Assembly (NCBI GenBank): GCA_043813585.1
Contig: JBDRKW010000020.1
Span: forward strand, 193,185 to 257,184
Origin: Candidatus Kerfeldbacteria bacterium
GTDB taxonomy: Bacteria > Patescibacteriota > Patescibacteriia > UBA9570 > XYC2-FULL-38-9
DNA length: 64,000 bases
Direction of reading: 5' to 3'
Below, piece after piece: positions 42,612 through 51,466 of this stretch. The notes under the pieces were generated by a model. That model searched no databases, was not told where the DNA came from, and saw nothing but the letters and a program-made list of their open reading frames with translations. The stretch's first letter is position 1, and each line of letters begins with the position of its first letter. A program made the position numbers and the translations under genes.

Positions 42612-44054
42612 TTATCCCTTAATAACCGCAAGCGGCCGCAAGCGGGCAACCCTGCGCGCAAGCCGGGCGCTATCAACCACTAAAACAACTTCATCAACGT
42701 CCTTATATGCCAGCGGCGCCTCTTCGGCAATGCCTGGTACGGATGCTGACCGCACAATAATACCCCGCTCCTGAAGTTCGCTCTTAATCGCCTTTCCGTG
42801 GAATTTCTTCTTGGCAGCATGGCGTGACATTGTACGGCCAGCTCCATGGCAGCACGATCCGAAAGACTCCAACATTCCCTCGTTTGTACCGGCCAGAACA
42901 TACGAGGCAGTACCCATAGTCCCGGGTATCAAGACTGGCTGCCCGACAGCCCTGTATGCTTCAGGGATTTCCGGATGACCCGGACCAAATGCACGCGTGG
43001 CACCTTTTCTGTGAACAATGACCTTTTTCCTGCTGCCATCCAACTCATGCTCTTCTATTTTTGCAATATTGTGCGCAACATCATATACAATGGACAATGT
43101 ACCTTTGCTCCCGAATAACCGCTCCCATCCTTCGCGAACGCGATGCGTAATCATCTGCCGGTTTGTCCAGGCAAAATTCGCTGCCGCCGCCATTGCCGCA
43201 TAATACTGCTTCCCCTCTTCCGATGAAAACGGAGCACACGCCAGTTCCCGGTCCGGCAACTCAATGCCGTAGCGCGCCATCGCGCCGACCATGAGGCGAA
43301 TGTAGTCGGTTGCCACCTGGTGGCCCAGGCCCCGGGAACCGGTATGAATCATTACTGTTACCTGGCCTTTTTTCAAACCATACGCTTCTGCAGCGTCTTT
43401 ATCGAAGATTTCATCAACAACGCCAGCTTCTGCAAAATGATTTCCGGCACCGAGCGTACCCAGCTGGTCCCGTCCGCGCTGCTTGGCCCGCTCAGAAACT
43501 GCACCTGCTTCAGCATGTTCCAACCTGCCGTTAGACTCAATATGAGCCAAATCATCCTCTTCGCCCAGGCCATTCTTAACCGCCCACTCAACGCCGTTCT
43601 CAAGAACATTATCCATATCCGCATCGCTTAGCTTCCACTCACCGCCCCGGCCGACACCGGAAGGGATAACCCCAAACATTTCGCGGGCAACCGATTCTTC
43701 CTCCCCTGAAACGTCTTGTTCTATCAGTTCCGAACGCAACAACCGTACCCCGCAATTGATGTCATATCCGATTCCTCCGGGTGAAATAATCCCATCCGGA
43801 TATTCAATAGCCGCAACGCCTCCAACAGGAAATCCATATCCCTCGTGCATATCCGGCATCCCAATAGCGAATTTCTGTATACCCGGCAGCATTGATACAT
43901 TTATTAATTGGTCCAGCGAGCGGTCTTCACGGATGTCTTCCAGCATTTTTTTTGATGCATACACGCGCACCGGCACGTTCATGCCGTCGCGAACTCCGAC
44001 CGGCAGCTCCCAGATGACATCGCTGATCTTTTTAAAAAGATGCTGTTCAAACAT
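42612..44054 (-). CDS. rtcB: RNA ligase RtcB
   Basis: MPDMHEGYGFPVGG, DINCG, GNHF, HTGSRG, HNIAK, HRKGAT, HGAGR. Confidence 0.96.
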   Translation of the reverse strand: MFEQHLFKKISDVIWELPVGVRDGMNVPVRVYASKKMLEDIREDRSLDQLINVSMLPGIQKFAIGMPDMHEGYGFPVGGVAAIEYPDGIISPGGIGYDINCGVRLLRSELIEQDVSGEEESVAREMFGVIPSGVGRGGEWKLSDADMDNVLENGVEWAVKNGLGEEDDLAHIESNGRLEHAEAGAVSERAKQRGRDQLGTLGAGNHFAEAGVVDEIFDKDAAEAYGLKKGQVTVMIHTGSRGLGHQVATDYIRLMVGAMARYGIELPDRELACAPFSSEEGKQYYAAMAAAANFAWTNRQMITHRVREGWERLFGSKGTLSIVYDVAHNIAKIEEHELDGSRKKVIVHRKGATRAFGPGHPEIPEAYRAVGQPVLIPGTMGTASYVLAGTNEGMLESFGSCCHGAGRTMSRHAAKKKFHGKAIKSELQERGIIVRSASVPGIAEEAPLAYKDVDEVVLVVDSARLARRVARLRPLAVIKG

Positions 44055-44057
44055 ACG

Positions 44058-44489
44058 TCATATGTCAAAAACAATTATTGTTTCATATTCGCCATCAGCA
44101 TTTTTCACAATATCAGCCTCATGGTAGGTTACCGCTTTAACATCATCGTCAAATCCATCAATACTACTGCCCTTCAGCGTGGCAGTTAAAGCCGTTTCTG
44201 TAATGGATGAAAAGTCGACAGTGCAAAAAACAGCTTTTTGTTCATGGGAATTCAACAGGACTTCAGAAAGAAAATCGACCAACAACGCGGTCATATCGGG
44301 CGAGTCTATGGCAATCCCCACCTCAACCGCCTCCGCATCCTTCCTCTCTGCAGAACTATCTTTACAAAATGACTTTGATAATAATTCACTCAACCCCTCA
44401 AAAGCAGAAGCAAACAATTCTTCCTGAGTGGCTCCTGCCACCTTCATCCTGATGTCGGCCGTATGGCCGATGAATTCAAATTTTTTCAT
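44058..44489 (-). CDS. Archease
   Basis: HTAD, KAVTYH, C-terminal FDI; directly upstream of rtcB. Confidence 0.93.
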   Translation of the reverse strand: MKKFEFIGHTADIRMKVAGATQEELFASAFEGLSELLSKSFCKDSSAERKDAEAVEVGIAIDSPDMTALLVDFLSEVLLNSHEQKAVFCTVDFSSITETALTATLKGSSIDGFDDDVKAVTYHEADIVKNADGEYETIIVFDI

Positions 44490-44491
44490 GT

Positions 44492-45055
44492 TCACCCCTT
44501 TAGCGCATAATGCTTGATCGTCTCATAGACAGGTGTATCACCGGCATAGATTGATTCCATCAGGTCAACCACATCAACCTGAATGCCCATCTTTCCTTCC
44601 GGTGTATCCGGGATACGCAATACGTCGGCAATGGATGCATTATCAAAGCGCGCAAGCGTCACGTGCGGTATCGGCTGGTGGTTGCTTTCCTTCATGCATA
44701 TCTGCTCTCCGACAACTGAATCGATATCTTCCACTAATTGCCTGTAAACAGGATTCAGATTAAATAGCGCCCAAACCATCCGCGGACGCCTGCCCGGCGG
44801 CCCCAACTGAAAGGCATTAAACGCCAATTCAAACGGAGGAATACTGTCTGTAACCTGCTGCAATGCATCAATAAGATTTGGGATATCTTCATTCTGTACC
44901 GCACCAAAAAAACGCACCGTTATATGCATATTTGCCTTTCGTGTCCAGCGAATACCGCCGATCTTGCCGTTCATTTTCTGAATCCCGGCTAGCACAGATG
45001 ACACTTCCTGTGGAAGCGGAATAGAGCAAAATAAACGAAGTTTCTGCTTACCCAT
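44492..45055 (-). CDS. thpR: RNA 2',3'-cyclic phosphodiesterase (2H family, LigT/ThpR)
   Basis: RLF, HITV and PHVTLAR 2H motifs; ATG at 45055 lies 9 nt after TATAAT. Confidence 0.9.
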   Translation of the reverse strand: MGKQKLRLFCSIPLPQEVSSVLAGIQKMNGKIGGIRWTRKANMHITVRFFGAVQNEDIPNLIDALQQVTDSIPPFELAFNAFQLGPPGRRPRMVWALFNLNPVYRQLVEDIDSVVGEQICMKESNHQPIPHVTLARFDNASIADVLRIPDTPEGKMGIQVDVVDLMESIYAGDTPVYETIKHYALKG

Positions 45056-45143
45056 ACGAGCATTATTATACTGATTGTATCCCACGACCTATGGACTGAC
45101 AAGCGCCCTTTTCAAATATCATAATTCATGGTATTGCAACTAC

Positions 45144-45923
45144 ATGAAAAAGATCCTTGCCCTCCTTCTTGCGATGGTTGTCGTCGGCGTCGCGGCATAT
45201 GTTGCGGCCGATTATTTTTTAGCAACGGATATCATTACTGAAACTGACCAGTCGGCAATTATGCAAGAACCAGGCGCGCCTGAACAACAGGGGCAGCCGG
45301 CCGTGCAGCCGCAGGAAGAATTACCCGAGGATACGGTTCTGGAACCGCAGACACCGCTGCCCAACGAGGCAAACCTGGACATCCCGTTCACTCCTCAGGC
45401 TCCACACGCAAACTGGGACCTGCCGTATCAGGAAGCATGCGAAGAAGCGAGCATGATGATGGCTGCGCGATTTCTGCAGGGACGAACCATTGAAGATGCA
45501 GATGACGCTGACCGCGCAATCCTCCAGTTGGTTGAATACGGCAAATCTCTTGGCTACCCGGTTGACACGACTGCGGAAGAAACAGCAACAATACTGACCA
45601 GCTTTTACGGCTTACGCACGGAAGTCCTCCGTGATTTTTCCTGGGACGAAATCAAAGAGGCAATTGCTGACGGCTATCCGGTCATTATCCCTGCTGCCGG
45701 ACAACAACTTCAGAACCCAAATTTTACCGAACCCGGTCCGCGCTACCATATGCTCGTTATCAAAGGATATTCGCCTGAAAAAATTATCACGAATGATCCG
45801 GGTACAAAAAACGGCTTCAATTACGAATATGACTACAATACTCTCTTCAGCGCAATACATGACTGGAACGGCGGGGATGTGGACAACGGCGCCAAAGCGG
45901 CGATCATTGTGATGCCGGAATAA
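45144..45923 (+). CDS. Membrane-anchored C39-like cysteine peptidase
   Basis: Signal/anchor; QAP, ACEEAS, HMLVIKGY, NDPG. Confidence 0.85.
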   Translation: MKKILALLLAMVVVGVAAYVAADYFLATDIITETDQSAIMQEPGAPEQQGQPAVQPQEELPEDTVLEPQTPLPNEANLDIPFTPQAPHANWDLPYQEACEEASMMMAARFLQGRTIEDADDADRAILQLVEYGKSLGYPVDTTAEETATILTSFYGLRTEVLRDFSWDEIKEAIADGYPVIIPAAGQQLQNPNFTEPGPRYHMLVIKGYSPEKIITNDPGTKNGFNYEYDYNTLFSAIHDWNGGDVDNGAKAAIIVMPE

Positions 45924-45973
45924 GGGGGGGGTGGTATTTATCAGAAAAAAGGTTTGTGATACACTTTTGCTAT

Positions 45974-46597
45974 ATGGGCATCTCATTCAACCGGCTCGGA
46001 TTTGGATTCTCGATCGCATCGTTTATCGGCTTTGTGGTATTTTCTGTTTATCTTCTATTTACGTCTGATGAATCATTCCGCGCGATTGTAGGCCTGATCT
46101 GCGCAGCCTCTGTTCTTGCTCCGCGAATAATCTACAAAAAAACTCGCTTGTTCAACTTTCTCTCTGCAGAACTTCTTGGCGTACTCGAACTGATGCTTGA
46201 CCTGCTGCTTATCTTTAACGGCATCGGCGCACTCGGGTTCTATCTTGAGATGCAATACTATGACATGGCGCTGCACCTTTTTAGCCCTCTTGCCGTTGGC
46301 ATTATGCTCGCGCTTATGCTGGAGTCCTACCTGCACCGATACACTATTCAAAGTATACGCATTATTCAGTGGTTTACGATCACAGGAACCATCACGCTTG
46401 TACTGTTCTGGGAATTCTGGGAATCAGTCGGCGATATGATCTTTCATACGCAGATGTCAGGCCAGCCAGGCGAACCGTTTGATACGCTCTACGATGTTCT
46501 CGGCGGCATCGCAATAATGGCTGTGCTCTATCTGTTTAATCGTTACCTCCTCGCGCCTTCTATCCGAATCTTGGCAGTATCTAAAATACAAAAATAA
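45974..46597 (+). CDS. Hypothetical membrane protein (possible intramembrane metal hydrolase)
   Basis: Multiple TM; YDMALH, WEFWE, DTLYD motifs. Confidence 0.7.
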   Translation: MGISFNRLGFGFSIASFIGFVVFSVYLLFTSDESFRAIVGLICAASVLAPRIIYKKTRLFNFLSAELLGVLELMLDLLLIFNGIGALGFYLEMQYYDMALHLFSPLAVGIMLALMLESYLHRYTIQSIRIIQWFTITGTITLVLFWEFWESVGDMIFHTQMSGQPGEPFDTLYDVLGGIAIMAVLYLFNRYLLAPSIRILAVSKIQK

Positions 46598-46625
46598 GCC
46601 GGCACGAAGCCGGCCTTATTTTTTT
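46590..46625. terminator. Bidirectional intrinsic terminator
   Basis: AAAAATAA-GCCGGC-ACGAA-GCCGGC-CTTATTTTTT between convergent genes. Confidence 0.85.
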
Positions 46626-46627
46626 AT

Positions 46628-47119
46628 CTATTTTGTATCTTTTGTTGCTGTCCAAGATCCGCCAATATCACCGTTCAGGTCTACCCAAATCCCTTTCATG
46701 ATAAGATTACTGCCATACACGCCTTCAAACAACTCCGTTCTGTCAGTTGACTGCAACTTTACATTCACTCCGTCAAAGGCGTACGAACCCCACGCCTTAG
46801 TAACACTTCCTACTGGCCGAGACAGTGAACCGTCAGAATTGAAAAGTAATGTTAACGAAGTTTCTTCCTTTCCGTCGGTCTGGAGAATTGTCCATTGTCC
46901 AACCACCTCTTCGGCAAGCTTCTGATCAAAATCAATTTGAATATCCTGTGCATTTGCGCAATCGCGCGGACAAAACTGATCTTTCTCCTCCTCCACGCTG
47001 CAAATGCCATCGCCGCAAAAAAAGGTCACCTGGCGCGAGGGTGTCTGCTCCCGGAACGGACATTGCCATCCGGTAACGGCGATAGACAGTAGTATGACAC
47101 CAAGCATGCTCTTTTTCAT
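46628..47119 (-). CDS. Secreted/lipoprotein-like protein with a CGDGxC cysteine motif
   Basis: Signal peptide ending TGWQC; CGDGICSVEEEKDQFCPRDC. Confidence 0.7.
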   Translation of the reverse strand: MKKSMLGVILLSIAVTGWQCPFREQTPSRQVTFFCGDGICSVEEEKDQFCPRDCANAQDIQIDFDQKLAEEVVGQWTILQTDGKEETSLTLLFNSDGSLSRPVGSVTKAWGSYAFDGVNVKLQSTDRTELFEGVYGSNLIMKGIWVDLNGDIGGSWTATKDTK

Positions 47120-47122
47120 ATC

Positions 47123-47524
47123 CTATTTGGTTATTGATTGTGATCGTAGCTCTTTCACCCTGTCAGTCGCCCACTGCGCTATAAATAAACCACCGATAAC
47201 AAACAATGCTATTGCTATGATGAGAGCGCCCCATTCAAAATTATTCCAAATCATCACGATATATCCGATTCCCAACGCTATATGCAATCCTCCGCCAATC
47301 ATAGGCCACTTCGACGATATCACCAGTAGAATGATCAGGATATAATTGGGTATAAGATGAACAAACAACGCAATAATCGTTTCCGAAAAAGTAGAGTCTT
47401 CCGAAAACACATCGAGTGCAAATATCGCGATAAATCCAATAAAAAGAACAGCTAAAATACGCGGTGTCCAAAAAATAAAACCACGCTTATTGCCTCTGGC
47501 AGTAGTTGTAACCATATGTTTCAT
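47123..47524 (-). CDS. Small four-TM hypothetical protein
   Basis: WTPRIL..FALDVF, HLIP; hydrophobic pattern. Confidence 0.75.
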   Translation of the reverse strand: MKHMVTTTARGNKRGFIFWTPRILAVLFIGFIAIFALDVFSEDSTFSETIIALFVHLIPNYILIILLVISSKWPMIGGGLHIALGIGYIVMIWNNFEWGALIIAIALFVIGGLFIAQWATDRVKELRSQSITK

Positions 47525-47547
47525 ATAGCGTTAGTATATCAAAAAAC

Positions 47548-48237
47548 CTATATTTTGTAGATGACATCCTTGCGTTCGACCACTATCTTCCATGCCCGTC
47601 GCCTCGCCGCCTGCAACAGTTGGCGGTTCGGATTAAAGCAAATCGGATTGTCTACCATGGACAAAAATCCGATATCCGATTCGGTATCCCCGACTCCGAT
47701 CGACCCGATAAGCGAAAAATTGCCTTTTTCCAGCGCCCGCGACAGAATTACGCCTTTATCTTTTATCAATTCCTGGAACTCCACCTTGCCCGTATACCTC
47801 CCGTTCGCCCCCACTTCAAATAGCTGGCCATACACTTTATGGAAACCAAGATGCCGGCAAAATTGTTCAACGGCTTCTTTTGGTGAATGGGATATTGCGA
47901 GCAGAGAATAATTTCGCTTCCGAAGGTCTTTTACAAGATCGCGCGTGTAGCGGTATGTTCTGTCTTTATGTTCCGCAACGACCCTGATTGCGATCTTCCT
48001 GAATGTTGTCTGCGGCAGCCCTTTAATATTTTTATGGAACGCCTCAATTACATCCTGTATATAATCGTCATACGAACCTTTGCGGTCCATCCAGCGGCCG
48101 CGCGCCGCGCTATACTGCGCAATCACGCTCGATTTCCAGATCCCTTCTTTTACCAGCGCTTCGGTAATTTCAATCAGCAGGCTCGACCGAAAGATCGTCC
48201 CGTCAATATCGAAAATGGCTACGCGTTGCTTAGCCAT
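47548..48237 (-). CDS. HAD-IB family phosphatase
   Basis: FDIDGT, ISHS, K, GDTESD, FNPN. Confidence 0.9.
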   Translation of the reverse strand: MAKQRVAIFDIDGTIFRSSLLIEITEALVKEGIWKSSVIAQYSAARGRWMDRKGSYDDYIQDVIEAFHKNIKGLPQTTFRKIAIRVVAEHKDRTYRYTRDLVKDLRKRNYSLLAISHSPKEAVEQFCRHLGFHKVYGQLFEVGANGRYTGKVEFQELIKDKGVILSRALEKGNFSLIGSIGVGDTESDIGFLSMVDNPICFNPNRQLLQAARRRAWKIVVERKDVIYKI

Positions 48238-49604
48238 TAGAGTAAATGCATATCTTCAATCTCGCTGCGCACGCCGCGCAATACGACCTCTTCAATATGG
48301 TATGCGCCGTTTCGGGGCGCGTCCAGAAAACCCTCCACCGCAGCCTGCGCCAGCCACCCGGACGACAGCCAATCCTGCAACCACTCCTGCGTATACCTGG
48401 GATCTTCCTGCTCAACGCCGGAACCAACGGCATGGAGCCAGGCCTTATTAAACTCTTCCTGGCTGCCGATGGACGGCGCCATGATGATCGGTAGTCCCAG
48501 ACCGGCATAAAATGACATTTCACTCGGCTTGGTCCAGAGAATATCCGTGGTTAGCAACGCCTGGTTCATCTTAGCAAAGTAATCCATTTTATTTTCATCA
48601 TAAATGATGGATACCCCGCCTTTGTGCTTCAATTTCATGTGCAGCCGCTTCACTTCATTATCGTAATAGCTGAACACGTCGCTGCGTGAGCCGGCCACCA
48701 GGTTCAAATTGATCTTTCCCTTATCGATAGAATCATGAAGGCTGTCCAGTATCTGGATTCCAAGTTCTCGCTGCGCACCGGCACCGCCCACGGCAAATGT
48801 AATCGTCAGCGGACGCTTGGGCTTCATGGCGCAATATTTCGCCCCAAAATAATATTCTACCGTTCGTCGGTATTTATTGCGGTAACGAAATTCCGGGTCC
48901 AGGTTGCACAAACGTTCGCCGATACTTTTTTTCAGGATGCTCAATGATGCCCCTCCGATATTCTCTTTTGGCAATGGAAACCCGGTGATATTAATATTCT
49001 TTTCCTGCACCCCATACAGCATCAGGCGCTCTTTCACGCGGCGGTTCGGCGCGAGGTAGTTAATCCGGCTCTTCTTCGGATCCATCGCCGCCCAGGCACG
49101 GCTTACATCCGTGTCCGTGCAGATGCAGTAGATATCACCCTTATATCCATGCTCCTCTGCAAAAAATGCCGTCGTAAAAAAGGATGTTACATACGGCAGC
49201 GGATCCTTATTCAATATTTCAATGAGATCCCTGCCCCACCCGCCTTTGATAGATGCGTAGATCTGCCGCAGCTGCAGGCTCGGCTTGGACAAATCGCGTT
49301 CCGGATAAAACGGTTTTATCCGCTGCATATAATCCATTACGCCAAATATCCACTCACCAATAAGCGGCAGGTTCTTCATTCTCGAAATCTTCTCATAAAT
49401 GGAACGTCCGCCTTCCCACAGGCGCCTGTCGCTCGCCGGAATACCCGGGTAGCGGTTTGCGGTGATGATCTCGCCGTTTTTATCGCCCCATCCCACCGGG
49501 CTAGCCGCAATTTCCTTTAACGGATAAACCGCCCGCTGGTGTCCGTAACCCATGTCCACAGTCACGATATATGCCCTTTTAAATGTCTTTTTCTGCGTTT
49601 CCAT
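48237..49604 (-). CDS. GT-B fold protein, MGDG-synthase/GT28-like
   Basis: DMGYGHQRA, CTDTD, ITGFPL, VGGAG, WTKPSE, GSQEEFN. Confidence 0.65.
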   Translation of the reverse strand: METQKKTFKRAYIVTVDMGYGHQRAVYPLKEIAASPVGWGDKNGEIITANRYPGIPASDRRLWEGGRSIYEKISRMKNLPLIGEWIFGVMDYMQRIKPFYPERDLSKPSLQLRQIYASIKGGWGRDLIEILNKDPLPYVTSFFTTAFFAEEHGYKGDIYCICTDTDVSRAWAAMDPKKSRINYLAPNRRVKERLMLYGVQEKNINITGFPLPKENIGGASLSILKKSIGERLCNLDPEFRYRNKYRRTVEYYFGAKYCAMKPKRPLTITFAVGGAGAQRELGIQILDSLHDSIDKGKINLNLVAGSRSDVFSYYDNEVKRLHMKLKHKGGVSIIYDENKMDYFAKMNQALLTTDILWTKPSEMSFYAGLGLPIIMAPSIGSQEEFNKAWLHAVGSGVEQEDPRYTQEWLQDWLSSGWLAQAAVEGFLDAPRNGAYHIEEVVLRGVRSEIEDMHLL

Positions 49605-49657
49605 AACGATTGAAGTATACAAGAAAACAGCCTTACAGTGAAATCATTTATACTTAT

Positions 49658-50473
49658 CTATAATCCAACGACTTTCCGCGTTGCCCAGTCAACGAAACGG
49701 TCAGGTAAAAACTGTGCCAGCCATATCATCGGCGCGTTGCTGCGCGGTGCGACATATCGTGTTCTCGGCTTCTTTGCTTCAACAGCATGGACGATAGCTT
49801 TTACTACTGACTTTGTGGAATAGCCGCCATCCCAAAATGTATTTTCCGCTTGTTTCATCTTCGGGATCTCAAATGCGTATGCCGATTCCTCTGTTAACCA
49901 TTCATGCTTCGTAGCCTGCATTTCTTGGTTAAATCCGGTGTTGATCTTTCCGGGTTCGATCAACGAAACAAACACACCAAACTGTTCAAGTTCAGTACGC
50001 AGGTTATCCGCAACAGCTTCCAACGCAAATTTTGTCATATGGTACGCGCCCATATATGGAACAACCAGCCGACCGGCAGTAGAGCCGACAATGATGATTC
50101 GTCCTTCGCCTTTGCGGATCAAACGCTGTCCGACTAATTGCGCGAGATGAAGATTCGCAAACACGTTGGTCTCAAAATTACTGCGCACCCGTTCCATGGG
50201 GATTTCAATAAGAGGTCCGGATTCGCCCACACCGGCATTATTAATCAACACATCCGGTTTTCTTTTTGCAGCCTGCTTGCGGTCCTGCTCATCCAAAACA
50301 TCCAGCTTGATAAAGGTCATTTTCAACCCATGCTCCTTCACATGCTGCTGCAACTCATTCAAGTCCTCGAGCGACGCCGCTGATGCAATGACGTCGTGTC
50401 CGCGTTCCGCAAGAGCAATTGCGGTATCGCGTCCAATCCCAGTCGCTGCCCCAGTTACTAAAACTTTGCTCAT
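49658..50473 (-). CDS. Short-chain dehydrogenase/reductase
   Basis: TGAATGIG, NNAG, YHMTK. Confidence 0.93.
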   Translation of the reverse strand: MSKVLVTGAATGIGRDTAIALAERGHDVIASAASLEDLNELQQHVKEHGLKMTFIKLDVLDEQDRKQAAKRKPDVLINNAGVGESGPLIEIPMERVRSNFETNVFANLHLAQLVGQRLIRKGEGRIIIVGSTAGRLVVPYMGAYHMTKFALEAVADNLRTELEQFGVFVSLIEPGKINTGFNQEMQATKHEWLTEESAYAFEIPKMKQAENTFWDGGYSTKSVVKAIVHAVEAKKPRTRYVAPRSNAPMIWLAQFLPDRFVDWATRKVVGL

Positions 50474-50475
50474 TA

Positions 50476-50994
50476 CTATCGGATCACTTTCGCGGGAACT
50501 CCTCCTACAACGCTTTTAACCGCAACATCCTTTACTACAACCGCGTTCGCTCCGATTGTTGCACCGTCTCCGACTTTTACCGGACCGAGAATCTTTGCAC
50601 CTGCAGCAATGGTAACATCATCACCAATGGTCGGTGCTCCGCTGTAAGCATCACCCTTCACTCCAACTGTAACACCCTGTGATAGAATCACGTTCTTGCC
50701 AATAACGGCGTCTTTATGAACAAAGATTCCGCTGAAATGATTGATAAACACTCCGGGACCGATAGTTGCGTGGCGCGAAATTGAAATCCCCCAACTCATC
50801 TCGACCCAGAGCTTCAAGAAAAAATAAATTAGAAGACCCAGCTGTTTTACTATAGGTACTCGCATTCGTGTGAAGAAACTCCCAAATCGATAGACCGCCA
50901 TCGCATGAACGCTCGGCAAGAATAGCAGCATTACAAAACTTAACCCGTGTAGCTCCTGTAATTCCTTAATTCGTTTTATGTCTTTGTATAGCAT
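50476..50994 (-). CDS. Serine O-acetyltransferase-like hexapeptide acetyltransferase
   Basis: IGPGVFINH, QGVTVG, PTIGDDV, IGANAVV, GGVPAK. Confidence 0.85.
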   Translation of the reverse strand: MLYKDIKRIKELQELHGLSFVMLLFLPSVHAMAVYRFGSFFTRMRVPIVKQLGLLIYFFLKLWVEMSWGISISRHATIGPGVFINHFSGIFVHKDAVIGKNVILSQGVTVGVKGDAYSGAPTIGDDVTIAAGAKILGPVKVGDGATIGANAVVVKDVAVKSVVGGVPAKVIR

Positions 50995-51124
50995 ATTTCA
51001 TGTTCACTGCCCTAAGTATAGCACTCAATTCAAATAAAAAAAGAGAGCGCTATCCTTGACGTTTTCAATTATTTTGTATACAAAACAGCAAACGCAACGG
51101 CTGAAGCAAACACCAGGGGGTCAC

Positions 51125-51418
51125 ATGTCCAAGCTTCTCTCTCCAGCAGATCAAGTTGTATCGGCCCTGACCGGGAAATTCGAGCTCCGCCATCCGGAGC
51201 GGCTTCGGGCCCAAGTGGACGACAGCGAACGCTTTATCATCGTGCGCATTCGGCACAGTCCGCATGACGCCGTGGTGAAGCACACGCTGCACAACTCGAC
51301 GCATCCGACCACGCAGGCACTCGCCGACGAACTCAGTAAGGCGCTGAAGGCCGGTGACCGCAGGGTCTCGTTCTTCGTGGCTTCGGACCTGAACCCGTTC
51401 CCCAAGATCGACGGCTGA
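51125..51418 (+). CDS. GC-rich orphan protein (97 aa)
   Basis: ATG at 51125 preceded by AGGGGG; strong G/C third-position bias; upstream TTGACG-17-TACAAA. Confidence 0.65.
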   Translation: MSKLLSPADQVVSALTGKFELRHPERLRAQVDDSERFIIVRIRHSPHDAVVKHTLHNSTHPTTQALADELSKALKAGDRRVSFFVASDLNPFPKIDG

Positions 51419-51466
51419 CGTCGATCCGCCCGTAATAGCACTCCAACGCTGTTCCGGGCTCTTTTT

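Noticed and set aside
45924-45931. G8 homopolymer as a phase-variation tract
   Set aside because: Short, intergenic and upstream of the predicted promoter spacer; no evidence of length variation.
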